Assembly (NCBI GenBank): GCA_964016885.1
Contig: OZ024742.1
Span: forward strand, 162,378,001 to 162,442,000
Reading direction: 5' to 3'
DNA length: 64,000 bases
Origin: Eledone cirrhosa
Lineage: Eukaryota
Of the stretch, positions 1-12,461 are shown piece after piece; positions within the stretch are counted from its first letter, which is position 1; every line of letters begins with the position of its first letter. Below the pieces are notes generated by a model, which was not told the origin of the DNA, did no database searches, and was given only the letters and a program-made list of their open reading frames with translations. Both the position numbers and the translations under genes were made by a program.

Positions 1-187
1 ATATATATATATATATATATATATATGGAGGAGGTTATAGTTCACTTGAAGCATTGTGTAATGAGGTATAAACGTTTGAATATGTGTAATAAGGCCAAAA
101 CAATGTAGTTATGGACATAGAAAAAGGAATGCAATAGTGAAAGATATTGATGAGAATTCGTCTTTCACCTTGAATTTATTTAAATGT

Positions 188-222
188 CCTTAATTTTCGA
201 GATAATATCTCTTCTTCGGAGG
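188..222 (-). ncRNA. Mirror copy of the PLE1 hammerhead-like motif in the inverted arm
   Basis: Reverse complement of 3760-3794. Confidence 0.5.
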
Positions 223-1097
223 GAAGTAAAGGTCTCAAACCAGCGTCTTTAAATCTCTAGCCAAGCCATGCTGACCGGAAATAGTATAGAGTATCTGTTC
301 TAACTCTAATATCAAAGAATTAAAATTAGGTGGATAAAGAGTAGTCTCCCTTTAAGAGGGGTTTGTTTAGGGTTTTTTATTTTTTTTTTTTTTTTCCATT
401 TTATATACGTGCCTGTATATGTGTGTGGGAGAATGCATGAAGGTGTAGGTATGTGGGCGTGTGTGTGTGAGTGTGGAAAGATAGGTCTAATCGTAAAAGT
501 GGGGGGTAGGTTTTATCTGGTGTTAGAACTGGTTTTGTGTGTGTATGTGTGAGAGAGAATAAGTGGAGGTGTAAGCGTGTGTGTGTGCGCGTGCGTGTGT
601 GTGGGGTGTGTAAAAATGGGGCTAGAGGCCCTATCAGGTTATAAATTGGGTGTTGAGCTCTAGTCTATTATTGATTGGTGGATGTGTTCTATCTATAATA
701 AGTGCTTCCTTAATTCTAAGATTGCCGAGATTTCTTTCCTTAGTTTCTATCCTAACTGTTATGTTTTTATCGGTATTTTTGCATTTAACTAGGTGTTTCT
801 TTTATTCTTATGTGGAGTGGTCTGGTGGTGCTACCTACGTAGAAGTTGTTGCATTTGTCACACTCTAATCTGTATACTACGTAAGCCTGGTGGCATAGGT
901 CTGTGTCGTTGATGGGGCAGTTGGCTAGTCTGCAGCAGTTGTCATGTCTGGTGGAGTGTCTCTTGGCCAGCCGTCCGCGCAGAGAAGGACCCGAGTGGGC
1001 CAGTTGGATATCCAGTCCCTCTCGTCTGATGGCTCTGCGGATGGCTGTTGTTGTTTCTTCACTGAAGTGTGGGAGCTTCAGGAAGCAAGTGTTAGTG

Positions 1098-3350
1098 TTA
1101 GCCTTGTACCACAACTCGCTGAAACCCCAGAACCTCTGTCCAGGGTCATCTCCGCCACTATAGACAGGTCATACCACCACCGCCGAGACTACGAGAAAAT
1201 ACGCCTAACGCAAAAATTTCTCAAACTCAGGACGGCCAACTGTCTTAACAACATCCCAACGCTAAACACCAACAGAGGCGAACAATACGTTACCAACACC
1301 GAACCTAGCGGCACCCCGACCAACAACACACCTGACGCAAAACACCTCGTCATAGACTTGACAGGATCCCTCTCCCGAGAGGAATTAGACCTCCTCAGCC
1401 TGGGTCCCAAGTTCATATTGAAACAGAGACTGGACGACAGACTATGGCTCGACATAGAAACGAATTTCTGTCGGACTGCCTACCAACTGAAATGGATATC
1501 GACTCTCGACAACAACACCACGGAATCCACCACACCCAGATTCCCGATATACCAACTAGATCGCCCACTCTATCCACCGCCCGCCAACCGCGAGCTGGCA
1601 GAAAAACTCTCGAGACTAAAACATTCCGTATTTAACATCTTACGGAAACAGAAGAAGATGGCCCCTAACCTCTCCAGGACACAACAACTCGCCCTGAAGA
1701 ACCTACGGAATAAGGAACTTATTTACTTACCATCCGACAAAGGTAAAGAGTTCTGCGTCATCTCTCAAGCCACATACAATAACCTAGCCTTCGAACACCT
1801 AAGTGACAGTGAATTGTACACAGTGATCCCGGACATGACCGCAGCCCAAATCGAAAAACAGACCAACTCCATTTGGTTCGATATCTGTAGGAAAAGACAA
1901 CTCCCGAATAAAATTAAGCTCAACTACACCACTAGAAATAGCAGACTGCCCACTTTCTACCACCTCATCAAGACCCACAAGAATAGTACTAAGACGCAAA
2001 TAAGACCCATCGTCTCTAGCATAGAAGGACCCCTATACAAAATTTCCTGGCTTCTCTCCCAGGTCCTCAAGCCTCTACTCTCCACCTTCCCCGGGCATGT
2101 CAGTAGCTCCGACGAAGTTATACGTAGACTACACCAACTCCAGCCAGAACAACTTAAACTAAATAAATACGCTTTTAGCCTCGACGTTGTCTCCCTCTAC
2201 ACTACAGTCCTCGCTCACCCAGCTGTCGATTTATTGACGGACTGCGTGGTCGCAGAGAACATCCACTGCTACGGCCTCCACCCGACGGACATACACCAGC
2301 TTTTGTCCTTCACAGTAGACAACACGTACTTCACCTTCCACCACCACACATACAGACAGACAACAGGATTACCCATGGGATCCAGCCTTTCGGGCCTGCT
2401 GGCCATCACCTACATGAACCAGCTAGAATGCCGAGCCCTCAACACCTGCCATTCCCATGCCTTCTTCACCCGATATGTAGATGACATACTCATCCTTACA
2501 TCATCCCGTGAGGAGGCAGAGAAAATATACACAACATTCTCCAGCATGGACGCCAGTATAAAGTTCAGCATGGAACACCCCGATGACCGCGGATCCCTAT
2601 CCCTACTGGACTTCCAACTCAGGGTAACAGAGGAAGGCAACATCCACACCTGCTTCTATAAAAAATCCGCCAGCAGGGACCTGTTCGTACATTTCAGATC
2701 GGCCCTCCCACTCGGTGCCAAGTTCGGATACATAAAGAACGAACTGGCACGTATCAAGAACAAATGCACCGACGCCAGAGACCGAGACACACACACCACA
2801 CATTTCCTGGAAGTACTCAAACTGAACGGATACACGACATCCACCACAAACCGTGCCAGAAAGAACAGAGGACACCACACCCGAGGCACTAACACTTGCT
2901 TCCTGAAGCTCCCACACTTCAGTGAAGAAACAACAACAGCCATCCGCAGAGCCATCAGACGAGAGGGACTGGATATCCAACTGGTCCACTCGGGTCCTTC
3001 TCTGCGCGGACGGCTGGCCAAGAGACACTCCACCAGACATGACAACTGCTGCAGACTAGCCAACTGCCCCATCAACGACACAGACCTATGCCACCAAGCT
3101 TACGTAGTGTACAGATTAGAGTGTGACAAATGCACCAACTTCTACGTAGGTAGCACCACCAGACCACTCCACATAAGAATAAAAGAAACACCTAGTTAAA
3201 TGCAAAAATACCGATAAAAACATAACAGTTAGGATAGAAACTAAGGAAAGAAACCTCGGCAATCTTAGAATTAAGGAAGCACTTATTATAGATAGAACAC
3301 ATCCACCAATCAATAATAGACTAGAGCTCAACACCCAATTTATAACCTGA
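1098..3350 (+). pseudogene. PLE reverse transcriptase + C-terminal GIY-YIG endonuclease, frameshifted near 3188
   Basis: ORF 944-3199 has PSDKG, RPIVS, SLDVVSLYT, QTTGLPMGSSLS, RYVDD and LSLLD, a Cys-rich linker, then VVYRLECDKCTNFYVGST. It continues in another frame as HLVKC...RIKEALII...PPINN to a stop at 3350. The first ~50 codons of the listed ORF come from the inverted arm. Confidence 0.92.
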
Positions 3351-3759
3351 TAGGGCCTCTAGCCCCATTTTTACACACCCCACACACACGCACGCGCACA
3401 CACACGCTTACACCTCCACTTATTCTCTCTCACACATACACACACAAAACCAGTTCTAACACCAGATAACACCTACCCCCCACTTTTACGATTAGACCTA
3501 TCTTTCCACACTCACACACACACGCCCACATACCTACACCTTCATGCATTCTCCCACACACATATACAGGCACGTATATAAAATGGAAAAAAAAGAAATA
3601 AATAAAAAACCCTAAACAAACCCCTCTTAAAGGGAGACTACTCTTTATCCACCTAATTTTAATTCTTTGATATTAGAGTTAGAACAGATACTCTATACTA
3701 TTTCCGGTCAGCATGGCTTGGCTAGAGATTTAAAGACGCTGGTTTGAGACCTTTACTTC

Positions 3760-3794
3760 CCTCCGAAGAAGAGATATTATCTCGAAAATTAAGG
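3760..3794 (+). ncRNA. Minimal hammerhead-like motif (U4C variant) in the PLE1 pLTR
   Basis: cct-CCGAAGA-a-GAGAT att ATCTC-GAA-AATT-A-agg. Stem I is 3 bp, stem III is palindromic, and the core is non-canonical. Confidence 0.5.
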
Positions 3795-3908
3795 ACATTT
3801 AAATAAATTTAAGGTGAAAGACGAATTCTCATCAATATCTTTCACTATTGCATTCCTTTTTCTATGTCCATAACTGCATTGTTTTGGCCTTATTACACAT
3901 ATTCAAAC

Positions 3909-3975
<67 letters not shown>

Positions 3976-4352
3976 GGGGGGGGGGGGATTGATGCTAACC
4001 CACACACACTCATTCTTCTAAAGACATCAGCAGTAGAACTAAGGCTGACCTGCCAGCTAACCCCCTAACGCCAATAAACACAAGGGAGGAGGTCAGCTGT
4101 ACTTAACAAAAACAACCACAACAGATTGTCTTTCCTCAGAAAAAAATTTCTATAGACTTTTGACTGAGGAATGTTCTCACATCTGACCTATGGGAGGAGA
4201 GAGTGTCCTATGATGCCGAAATTCGTTTGTTCGAATTCATCTGATTCCAGTTCCTCAGAGAAATAACAACCCAACCAGGAGCTGGACATATTGGAGTATT
4301 GACGGAGCAAAACACTTTAACATGTGTACCTGTCTCTACCACACCAATTCGG

Positions 4353-4407
4353 ACTGCTTGAAGAGGTCACAGCCAATGATGACTGTCACCGAAATATATA
4401 TAGCAGT
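4353..4407 (+). ncRNA. Minimal type I hammerhead ribozyme (C3U variant) in a solo pLTR-like segment (~3990-4460)
   Basis: actgc-TTGAAGA-ggtcacag...ctgtcacc-GAA-ATATATAT-A-gcagt, with AATAAA about 10 nt downstream. Confidence 0.7.
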
Positions 4408-4688
4408 ACATCTTTAATAAACGAAGCCAAATTTTAAATATTTGACTTAATTACTTTATTATATATATATATATATTACCCACTCTACTACCCTAAGTAT
4501 TGAGTACTTTGGTGCGTTATGGTCCATCTGGTTCCATACCACACTTCCTTCGTTATATATATATATAAATATAAATATTTCGTATCTCCAAAGAAATGCA
4601 GTTTTAGGAAACCGTAGCTATGCAAACACCGGGGGGGGGGGGGGGTGCTAACGCCCTCTGGTGATGTCCAGCAGAAGCAAAGGAGACA

Positions 4689-4732
4689 ACTGTCTATGCA
4701 TTTCAGGCTTAACTGGCCTTCGTCAGGACGGT
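4689..4732 (-). ncRNA. Minimal type I hammerhead ribozyme (inverted copy)
   Basis: Reverse complement reads accgtc-CTGACGA-aggc cagttaa gcct-GAAATGCATA-gacagt. Confidence 0.83.
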
Positions 4733-5021
4733 ACCTCCCACCGCTTGCGGCTGCTGGACTAGAAGACAGCTGAGAATATATATTTTTCTCGTCTGTGTAA
4801 ATGAGGTGATTAATCTCATTTGCATATGAAGCTGCATATTTTGGCGAACCAACTTATGCAGCTTCATATGCACAGACGGTTGTCCCCCTTGCTTCTGCTG
4901 GACATCACCAGAGGGCGTTAGCCCCCCCCCCCCCCCCCACCTCACCCCGGTGTTTGCATAGCTACGGCTTCCTAAAACTGCATTTCTTTGGAGATACGAA
5001 ATATTTATATATATATGTATG

Positions 5022-5055
<34 letters not shown>

Positions 5056-5311
5056 CCTCACCAGCGGGCGTTAGCCCCCCGGTGTTTGCATAGCTACGGC
5101 TTCCAAAAACTGTATTTCTTTGGAGATACGAAATATTTATACATATTGTATAAAGCTATGCTTGAAGCGAAATTCTATTTATTTTTATTATAAGTTGAGC
5201 CAACTTATGCATCGTCATATGCAAATGAGATTAATCACCTCATTTACACAGACGAGAAAAGTATATATTCTCAGCTGTCTTCTAGTCCATCAGTCGCAAG
5301 CGGTGGGAGGG

Positions 5312-5355
5312 ACCGTCCTGACGAAGGCAAGTTAAGCCTGAAATGCATAGACGGT
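5312..5355 (+). ncRNA. Minimal type I hammerhead ribozyme
   Basis: accgtc-CTGACGA-aggc aagttaa gcct-GAA-ATGCAT-A-gacggt. Canonical core, 6-bp stem I, palindromic stem III. Confidence 0.88.
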
Positions 5356-5557
5356 TGTCCTCCTTGCTTTTCCGGGACATCATCAGAGGGCGTTAGCCCT
5401 CCGGTGTTTGCATAGCTACGGCTTCCTAAAACTGTATTTCTTTGGAGATACGAAATATTTATACATATTGTATAAAGCTATGCTTGAAGCGAAATCCTAT
5501 TTCTCTTTTATATATATATACATACATATATATTTATATATACATATATATATATAC

Positions 5558-5622
<65 letters not shown>

Positions 5623-5664
5623 CACATATATATATATATATACATATACATACGAGCACAAGAA

Positions 5665-6528
5665 ATAATTGAACCGAATACTAATATAAGGACCCCTACG
5701 AATTATAGAAGATCCAGAGATAGAAAATACTTATGGTTCAATCCAATATTTAACTCCTCAATAAAAACCAAACTACCTTCTACATTCTTTAATTGACAGC
5801 ACTTCCCTTAACTTCACAAATACCATAAAACCTTATAATAGAAATACTATCAAACTATCTTACTTTACTGCAACCAACATAGAATCACACATACTCAAAA
5901 TTAACTATAAAAGAATCTCTAATACAAATAGCCTGCAAATAGACACCATAACATCAAATACAAAACACATACACATAACAACATCATAACCCCACACACG
6001 TCAAAACACATCACAACAATACATCAACAAACCCAAATCTCATCCCATACATAGCAACATACAAAACCGCATCGTTGAACCGGCTCATAGGAAGGCCTCA
6101 AAATGTAACTGTCACTTATCAGATAAGTGCCCACTACAAAATAGATGCCTTGAATCAAATATAGTGTACCTATGTACTATAAATTCAGGCAACTTAGCAT
6201 GGTACTACATAGGTTCTACGGCGGGGGAGTTAAAAAAAGATGGTACGTCCACAGACACTCTATAAAGAACCGTAAACTAATGAATACAACAACGCTCGCC
6301 AATAAAATCTGGCATCTTAAAGACACAAACCAAGAATACAGGATTAACTGTTGTAAATTATCAGGGGCAATGGCTTACAAAATTGGTATGACCCACTGTA
6401 GACTTTATAATATGGAACTATTCCATATTTTAAAATATGACAAAATGCTGCTTAACAGCAAAATTGAACGGTCAATTTTTTGTAGACATAAAGCAGCAAA
6501 TAAATTCGATAATTTCAAACCAACTTGA
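5665..6528 (+). pseudogene. 3' fragment of a PLE ORF (linker + GIY-YIG), frameshifted
   Basis: WFNP...NRNTIKLSY, then KCNCHLSDKCPLQNRCLESNIVYLC...YYIGST, then RWYVHRHS...TTLANKIWHLKD...LLNSKIE...CRH. Similar to the C-terminus of the 15700-18045 ORF. Confidence 0.85.
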
Positions 6529-7129
6529 TTCGACCCAACAATTCCATAATTCAAATTATACCACCTGAGTCTATTATAATAACCCATTATCATCATTGTT
6601 ATTAACTGTCAATGAATCAACATCATAACCTATTATATTTTCTCTCTTTCATTTTCTATCTTTCAATTTCTTTCCCTAAATATATTTCATCTCTTACATT
6701 ATAACCTATCGTATTATCTTCACTTCCAATTTATTAATTTATTAATTTAACTATATTTAACTATATTTAATATTTCCATGTTTATACCATCATATCTTTA
6801 TATTTTAACCACCAACACCACAACTATTTTCAACAATCATATTATGTTCATTTTCTTCGCACACATAAATTTTTAAAACAAATTTTTATCACCTTTGCTA
6901 TAACTTATTTATTATTATTCATTAGAGTCAACGGCCATCCCATTTACATATGTAAGTATTTTGTGGATGCGTGTGTGACTGTGCGTCTGTGAGTATTTCT
7001 TTTTATTATAACTTTTTAGACAACTACACTTTTTAAAAATCTTTTATAATTTTTAAACTTTCTCAACATTTTAAACTTTTTTCTTTTTTTTGTGTGCTCG
7101 ATAGGGTAGACTAGACTCTACGGTATCGT

Positions 7130-8752
7130 TAAGACAACCTACGAGATGGAAAACTCTTATTCTTAAACCTGCAATTATAGTATCATCTGACATGTGACAC
7201 ACTATGCACCAGTACAGAACTTGATGTTATAATGGAGCGAGTATATATTGTACGGCACAGACAACTGATCACTGTACACAAATAATTTGTGTAGGTTGTT
7301 CAGTAAATACTTTACAATCTTATGTACCCCTTAAATACTATGGCGGTGAAGGAATTGCATCAGAGAGAGGCAGTGGATGCTACTGGAAGTATCTAGCATG
7401 AACTTTGCACATATGTGAAAAGGCCGTCTCTGACAACACATACACACAATTGTTATATTCGTGTCCTCATTCCGCAACAAAGTATCCCTTTTTAGGATGA
7501 CACTGCCTTTCTCTCTAGAGGGGTCAAGAAAATGAAACCTCAAAATTGTTTGCTCGTACTTAACTTGGTCATTAGGTGCAGGGGACTAGGCATTCTTCTC
7601 TTGCGCCCAAAACAAAATGTTCGCAGCTTCATTGAATGTCAGAACTCTACAGGATACAAAGTGTAATCTTGAACACAGCGCAGCTATCATAGCTCGTCTC
7701 TTATCTCAGCAAAATATCTGCATAGCGGCTCTTTCAGAAACTAGGTTTGCAGGAAATGGCCATTTAGAAGAGGTAGAAGGAGGCTATACATTTTACTGGA
7801 TAGGCGAATCGCCTGATGCAAAAAGGGAATCTGGTATTGGATTTGCTATTAGAAATTATTTAGTAAAACAACTTGAATCACTTCCTATAGGTGTCAATGA
7901 CAAGATTATGACCATTTGCGTGATCAAACGGTATTGTTTATGTTTTAGTTGCTACGCCTCAACATTAAACTCACCATATGAACTTAAAAAGGAATTCTAC
8001 TCCCGTCTTCGTGAGTAGTTCAGAAAAGTGCCCGTTGGTGATAAATTGTTAGAGTGGGAAATGATTGTATGGCATGATCAAATGTCTTAGGCAGGCTTGG
8101 CATTGGGAAAATTAACTCAAATGGCCTTCTTTTGTTATCACTTTGTACAGTGAAACACCCTAGATATGGTCACTATCACTCAATTGATTATACACGTCAG
8201 ACAAGCAGGCATGATGTAAATCTCACTCTTTCAAACAGAGAAGTATAGTTTGATCATAAACTTATTCGTTCCCACATAAATATGAAAATTCAAATGTACA
8301 TTCAGACACAACGAATTACGCCACGTAAACAAGTAGATGTCAGCAGGTTGAAGAATGAAAGTGTAATTTCTTAAATCACACTTTTGAAGCAAAGTCAACT
8401 CAAAATTTTATAAATGATGATATAGTAGCCTCTCGGACAAGTCACAGAGACACACTCTTTGAGACAGCAAAAGAAACATTTGGTTATGTCCATCGTAAGC
8501 ACCATGACTGGTTTGACTCAAATGATCTACAAATCCAATCACTTCTTGAGGACATGCATAAATGTCACCGTACTTTGATAATTTATAAGAACTCAACCTT
8601 CAAAGATAAAGCTTTTAAACAAGCAAAGAATCGTGCCCGGACTAAACTTTGTGAAATGAAACGAAATTGGTGGAAAGAAAAAGCAAAATTCCCCCAAGAA
8701 GCAGCTGATAAAGTTGATTTGAAATCCTTTTAGCAAAATTGGCCATAATTCA
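7130..8752 (+). mobile_element. Decayed RTE-clade LINE 5' part (5' UTR + APE endonuclease)
   Basis: ORF 7617-8018 ASLNVRTLQD...IAALSETRF..G.LEE..GGYTFYW.G...RESGIGFAIRN is an RTE/BovB-type APE. Downstream remnants include HPRYGHYH.IDY, DHKLI, HHDWFD and EMKRNWW. Confidence 0.85.
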
Positions 8753-8764
8753 AACGCGTGCGCG

Positions 8765-8767
<3 letters not shown>

Positions 8768-8822
<55 letters not shown>
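8768..8822. repeat. (GA)n microsatellite
   Basis: Read directly. Confidence 0.95.
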
Positions 8823-8825
<3 letters not shown>

Positions 8826-9261
8826 ATATATACATTAAAAAATAAAAAGAGAATCGATTTTACATATTCAACTTCAGTTTTTTTAGCTGACATCACACCC
8901 TTTATGAATATTTTAAACGAAGGACGGAGGGAACGAACGGTTGCCGCCAATGCTAGCACACCACTGCCCGTAATGCTACGCTTAGCAGAAGGAACTGTCG
9001 TGAGATATGGTTAAAGAAAAAATGAATAATTCCCAACGGTTTTAAAAGTCAGATTCGTTGAAAATGCACACTTGTAAAGAAAACCCTCAAAGTCCTCCAC
9101 GCCTCTCTGTTTTCTAAAAACCATTCGTTTCCAACGGATTTAGAGATCAGATGAAACAGTTGTGTGTTTTCCAATGTCAGAAGGTTGGGCGGTGAGGTGA
9201 CGGTTAGGGCATACACACACACATATCTAAAGTCTAAAGTCTGTTTTAAGCCCGAAGGATC

Positions 9262-9456
9262 ATTTGGCCGGTGTTTATCCCGGTTTCATGCGTTCATCGC
9301 AGGGTTAAACCCCCAGCTATCGCCGGTACTCATTTTCAACTGAGTATACCGGAGCAACGTGAAATGAAGTGTTTTGCACAATACACAGCCCAGGAATCGA
9401 ACCCACGACATTATGATCGTAAGTCCAACGCCCTCACCACTAGGCCACGTGCCTCC
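9262..9456 (-). mobile_element. tRNA-derived SINE with a Meta/CORE-like body
   Basis: Minus strand reads GGAGGCACGTGGCCTAGTGG (A box) ... GGTTCGATTCC (B box), then CACTTCATTTCACGTTGCTCC...CTCAGTTGAAAATGAGTAC. Confidence 0.8.
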
Positions 9457-9921
9457 GCATACATGCACACACACATATACCCATACAGATGCTTAATACT
9501 CACAAATATATATATTCGCGTGAGTGTTCGGCAAACTGATATAGAGCTGAACGATCTTACACTTTCCATTTTATCGTTACATTCCAACGGATTTGGAGGT
9601 CAGATTCGTTGAAAATCACAAGAGACAACAAATTCTTACCAACCAAAGAAATCTCCGAAAGCGAACTGATCAACAAGTGTACCTTTTAGGATGATTGGCA
9701 GTTTGTTTGCGTGAAATCATTGGTGCTATTAACAATATTTTTAGGCGAGACAGATGGGAGTATATTTGAAAGAGAGATGGGTAGTAAGTTAAAGACATAG
9801 AGGGGGTTATTATGAATACAGATTGCAAATTGTTATTGTTAATACATGGTGACACAAATAGGAATTTAAACAGAGGAATAGAGGAAGGGGAGATAGATTG
9901 ATAGATAGATAGGTATGTATG

Positions 9922-9991
<70 letters not shown>

Positions 9992-10098
9992 TAGGGAGAG
10001 AGAGGGGTAGAGAGAGTGAGATAAATAAAATCCCGAACGCAGCGCGGCACCAAGCTGTTTCGGCTTGTGTGTTCAGCAAGCCTTTGCGAATGGTGTAG

Positions 10099-10163
<65 letters not shown>

Positions 10164-10166
<3 letters not shown>

Positions 10167-11748
10167 TGCCCCGCAAAAGTTTACAACACATTAAGAAAAA
10201 TGCGGTTTTAGGTATTTTTAATAAAGTTAGGGTAATGAAAATTTAACTACTGATAGAACATATAATGAGGCATTTAATGATACAATCATTTTTTTTTTTT
10301 AAATAACAAGGAAATAACTCATGAAGAAAAATCAATATTTTTATAACGCAAAAGTTTACAACACATTTATCGCTTTTTTTCAAGAAAATTCTTAAATTTT
10401 CAGATTTAAAATTCAGTAGAATGTTCTAGATTAGGTTTAAGGTAACTTCTAAGGACTATTAAAAACATTACGTCATTATTTGTCTGACAACCATCCTGTA
10501 AACATTGACAATATGGGGAAAAATAAACTGATTGATCAAGCCCTCCGTAAAAGCATTGTAGACCTTCATACAAATGGTGTTGGTTATAGAAAGATATCTT
10601 GTCAGTTAAATGTGCCATTGAGTTCAGTTGGTACTATAATTCGTCACTGGAAATCTCATCATTCCATCTGTCCTCTAATTAATTCTGGTCGTCCTAGAAA
10701 GATAACGGAACGTCCAGCTCGGTTATTGATGAGAAAGGTTGGCAACGAACCTCGGTGTACTCTTTAAAATCTTCAGGATGACCTAGAAGAAAGTGAAGTA
10801 AAAGTGAGCACAGATACAATTAGTCGTTCACTTCGTCGATATAATATCTTCTCGAGGTCTTCAAGGAAAACACCCCTTCTTACGAGGAAACACGTTCTTC
10901 GTCGATTAAACTTTGCAAATGATCTCATCAAACCTGCGTCATTTTGGGAAGACGTACTTTAGTCGGACAAAACAAAAATTGAACTTTTTGGTCGAAATGC
11001 TGTGGCAAAAGTCTAGAGAAAGTAAAGTACTGAATATTCGCCGAAGAATACTATTCCAACTGTAAAATTTGGAGGTGGATCAATCATGGTCTGGGGTTGC
11101 TTTAGTGCCACAAGTGTAGGAAATATTGAAATAATAGAAGGAAGAATGGGTGGCGCTTATTATAGAGGTATTTTGCAAAGGAATTTACATCAAAGTGCAC
11201 ATTCTCTCAGCTTAAAGCCAGGTTGGTTTTTTCAACAAGATAACGATCCAAAGCATACTGCAAAGCTAGCACAATCTTGGTTAAGTACAAATGGAATAAA
11301 TGTTCTAAAATGGCCAAGTCAGTCTATAGATCTTAACCCGATCGAAAATTTGTGGAGAGAACTGAAACTCAGAATTCAAAAAAGGAAACCCCAAAATATC
11401 CCTGAACTAAAGAAAATTTGTTGTGAAGAATGGAAAAATATTAGCCAAGAAACATGCAAGAATTTGTAGGAGGCTACTCCAAACGTCTACAGGCTATAAT
11501 TAGCAACAAAGGTTACGCTACGAAATATTAAGAGATGATTTAATAAATGTGTTGTAAACTTTTGCGTTATAAAAATATTGATCTTTCTTAGTGAGTTATT
11601 ACCTTGTTATTTTTTTAAAAATATGATTGTATCATTAAATGCCTCATTATATGTTCGATCAGTAGTTAAATTTTCATTACCCTAACTTTATTAAAAATAC
11701 CTAAAACCACACTTTTCCTAATGTGTTGTAAACTTTTGCGGGGCACTG
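10164..11748 (+). mobile_element. Tc1-family (DD34E) transposon with ~205-bp IR/DR terminal inverted repeats
   Basis: TIRs start CAGTGCCCCGCAAAAGTTTACAACACAT and carry an inner direct repeat GCAAAAGTTTACAACACAT at ~10348. Inserted in (TA)n with TA flanks. Confidence 0.95.
10513..11531 (+). pseudogene. Inactivated Tc1 transposase
   Basis: HTH with GRPRK, RKTPLL, *SDKTKIELFG, TVKFGGGSIMVWGCF, FQQDNDPKH and SIDLNPIENLW. Several stops and indels. Confidence 0.93.
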
Positions 11749-11822
<74 letters not shown>

Positions 11823-11985
11823 TGTGTGTGGGTATGGCTATGTGTACGTATGTGTATGCGTGTACGCACGCGCATATATATATATATATGTATGTATATA
11901 TATGCGTGTATATATATGTGTGTGTGTGTGTGTGTGTATGTGTGTGTATATATGCATGTGTGTGTGTATATATATATATGTATGC

Positions 11986-12057
<72 letters not shown>
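11749..12057. repeat. Compound (TA)n/(TG)n microsatellite
   Basis: Read directly. Another (CG)/(TG)n tract lies at 12355-12457. Confidence 0.95.
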
Positions 12058-12062
<5 letters not shown>

Positions 12063-12390
12063 TTTGTATATGTTTGTTCTTAGAGGAACAAAGGCAGACA
12101 GATTTCTGTATTCAGATTGGAGCCAATCCTTATCATTAGGTTTCTCTTTAGCTTACAGGTGTCTGTAAGATCAGTATGGGGTCAGTCATGGTAGATAGAT
12201 TTGGAGGAAGGGGAGATTCCTTAAAAGCTAAATTCTTAAAGGTTCTAGTAAATTGACGAAGGTTTAGGGAATTCTGTAGACATTTTCTAAGTATAATCTA
12301 ATTCACGAGACACTTGCACGCATGTGTATGGGGGAAATATATTTATATTTGTATACGCGTGCGTGCGTGCGCGCATGCGCATGCGCGCGC

Positions 12391-12461
<71 letters not shown>

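Larger units (their letters stand above)
67..3915 (+). mobile_element. Penelope-like retroelement (PLE1), 5'-truncated, with a ~1.03-kb inverted copy of its 3' end
   Basis: 67-1097 is the near-perfect reverse complement of 2887-3915. Contains an RT + GIY-YIG ORF and has (TA)n on both flanks. Confidence 0.93.
4573..5503. repeat. ~322-bp non-coding hammerhead-bearing repeat in inverted and partial tandem copies (retrozyme or non-autonomous PLE-like)
   Basis: GGTGTTTGCATAGCTACGG recurs at ~4949, 5081 and 5403. An inverted copy lies at 4573-4843. The cluster is flanked and interrupted by (TA)n. Confidence 0.85.

Noticed and set aside
650-1163. Small ORFs duplicated at 2603-3334 on the opposite strand
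   Set aside because: Antisense frames of the PLE1 inverted arms.
5408-5672. YI- and CV-repeat ORFs here and at 9670-10079, 11666-12732, 19814-20058, 22998-23189 and 32217-32600
   Set aside because: Microsatellite translations.
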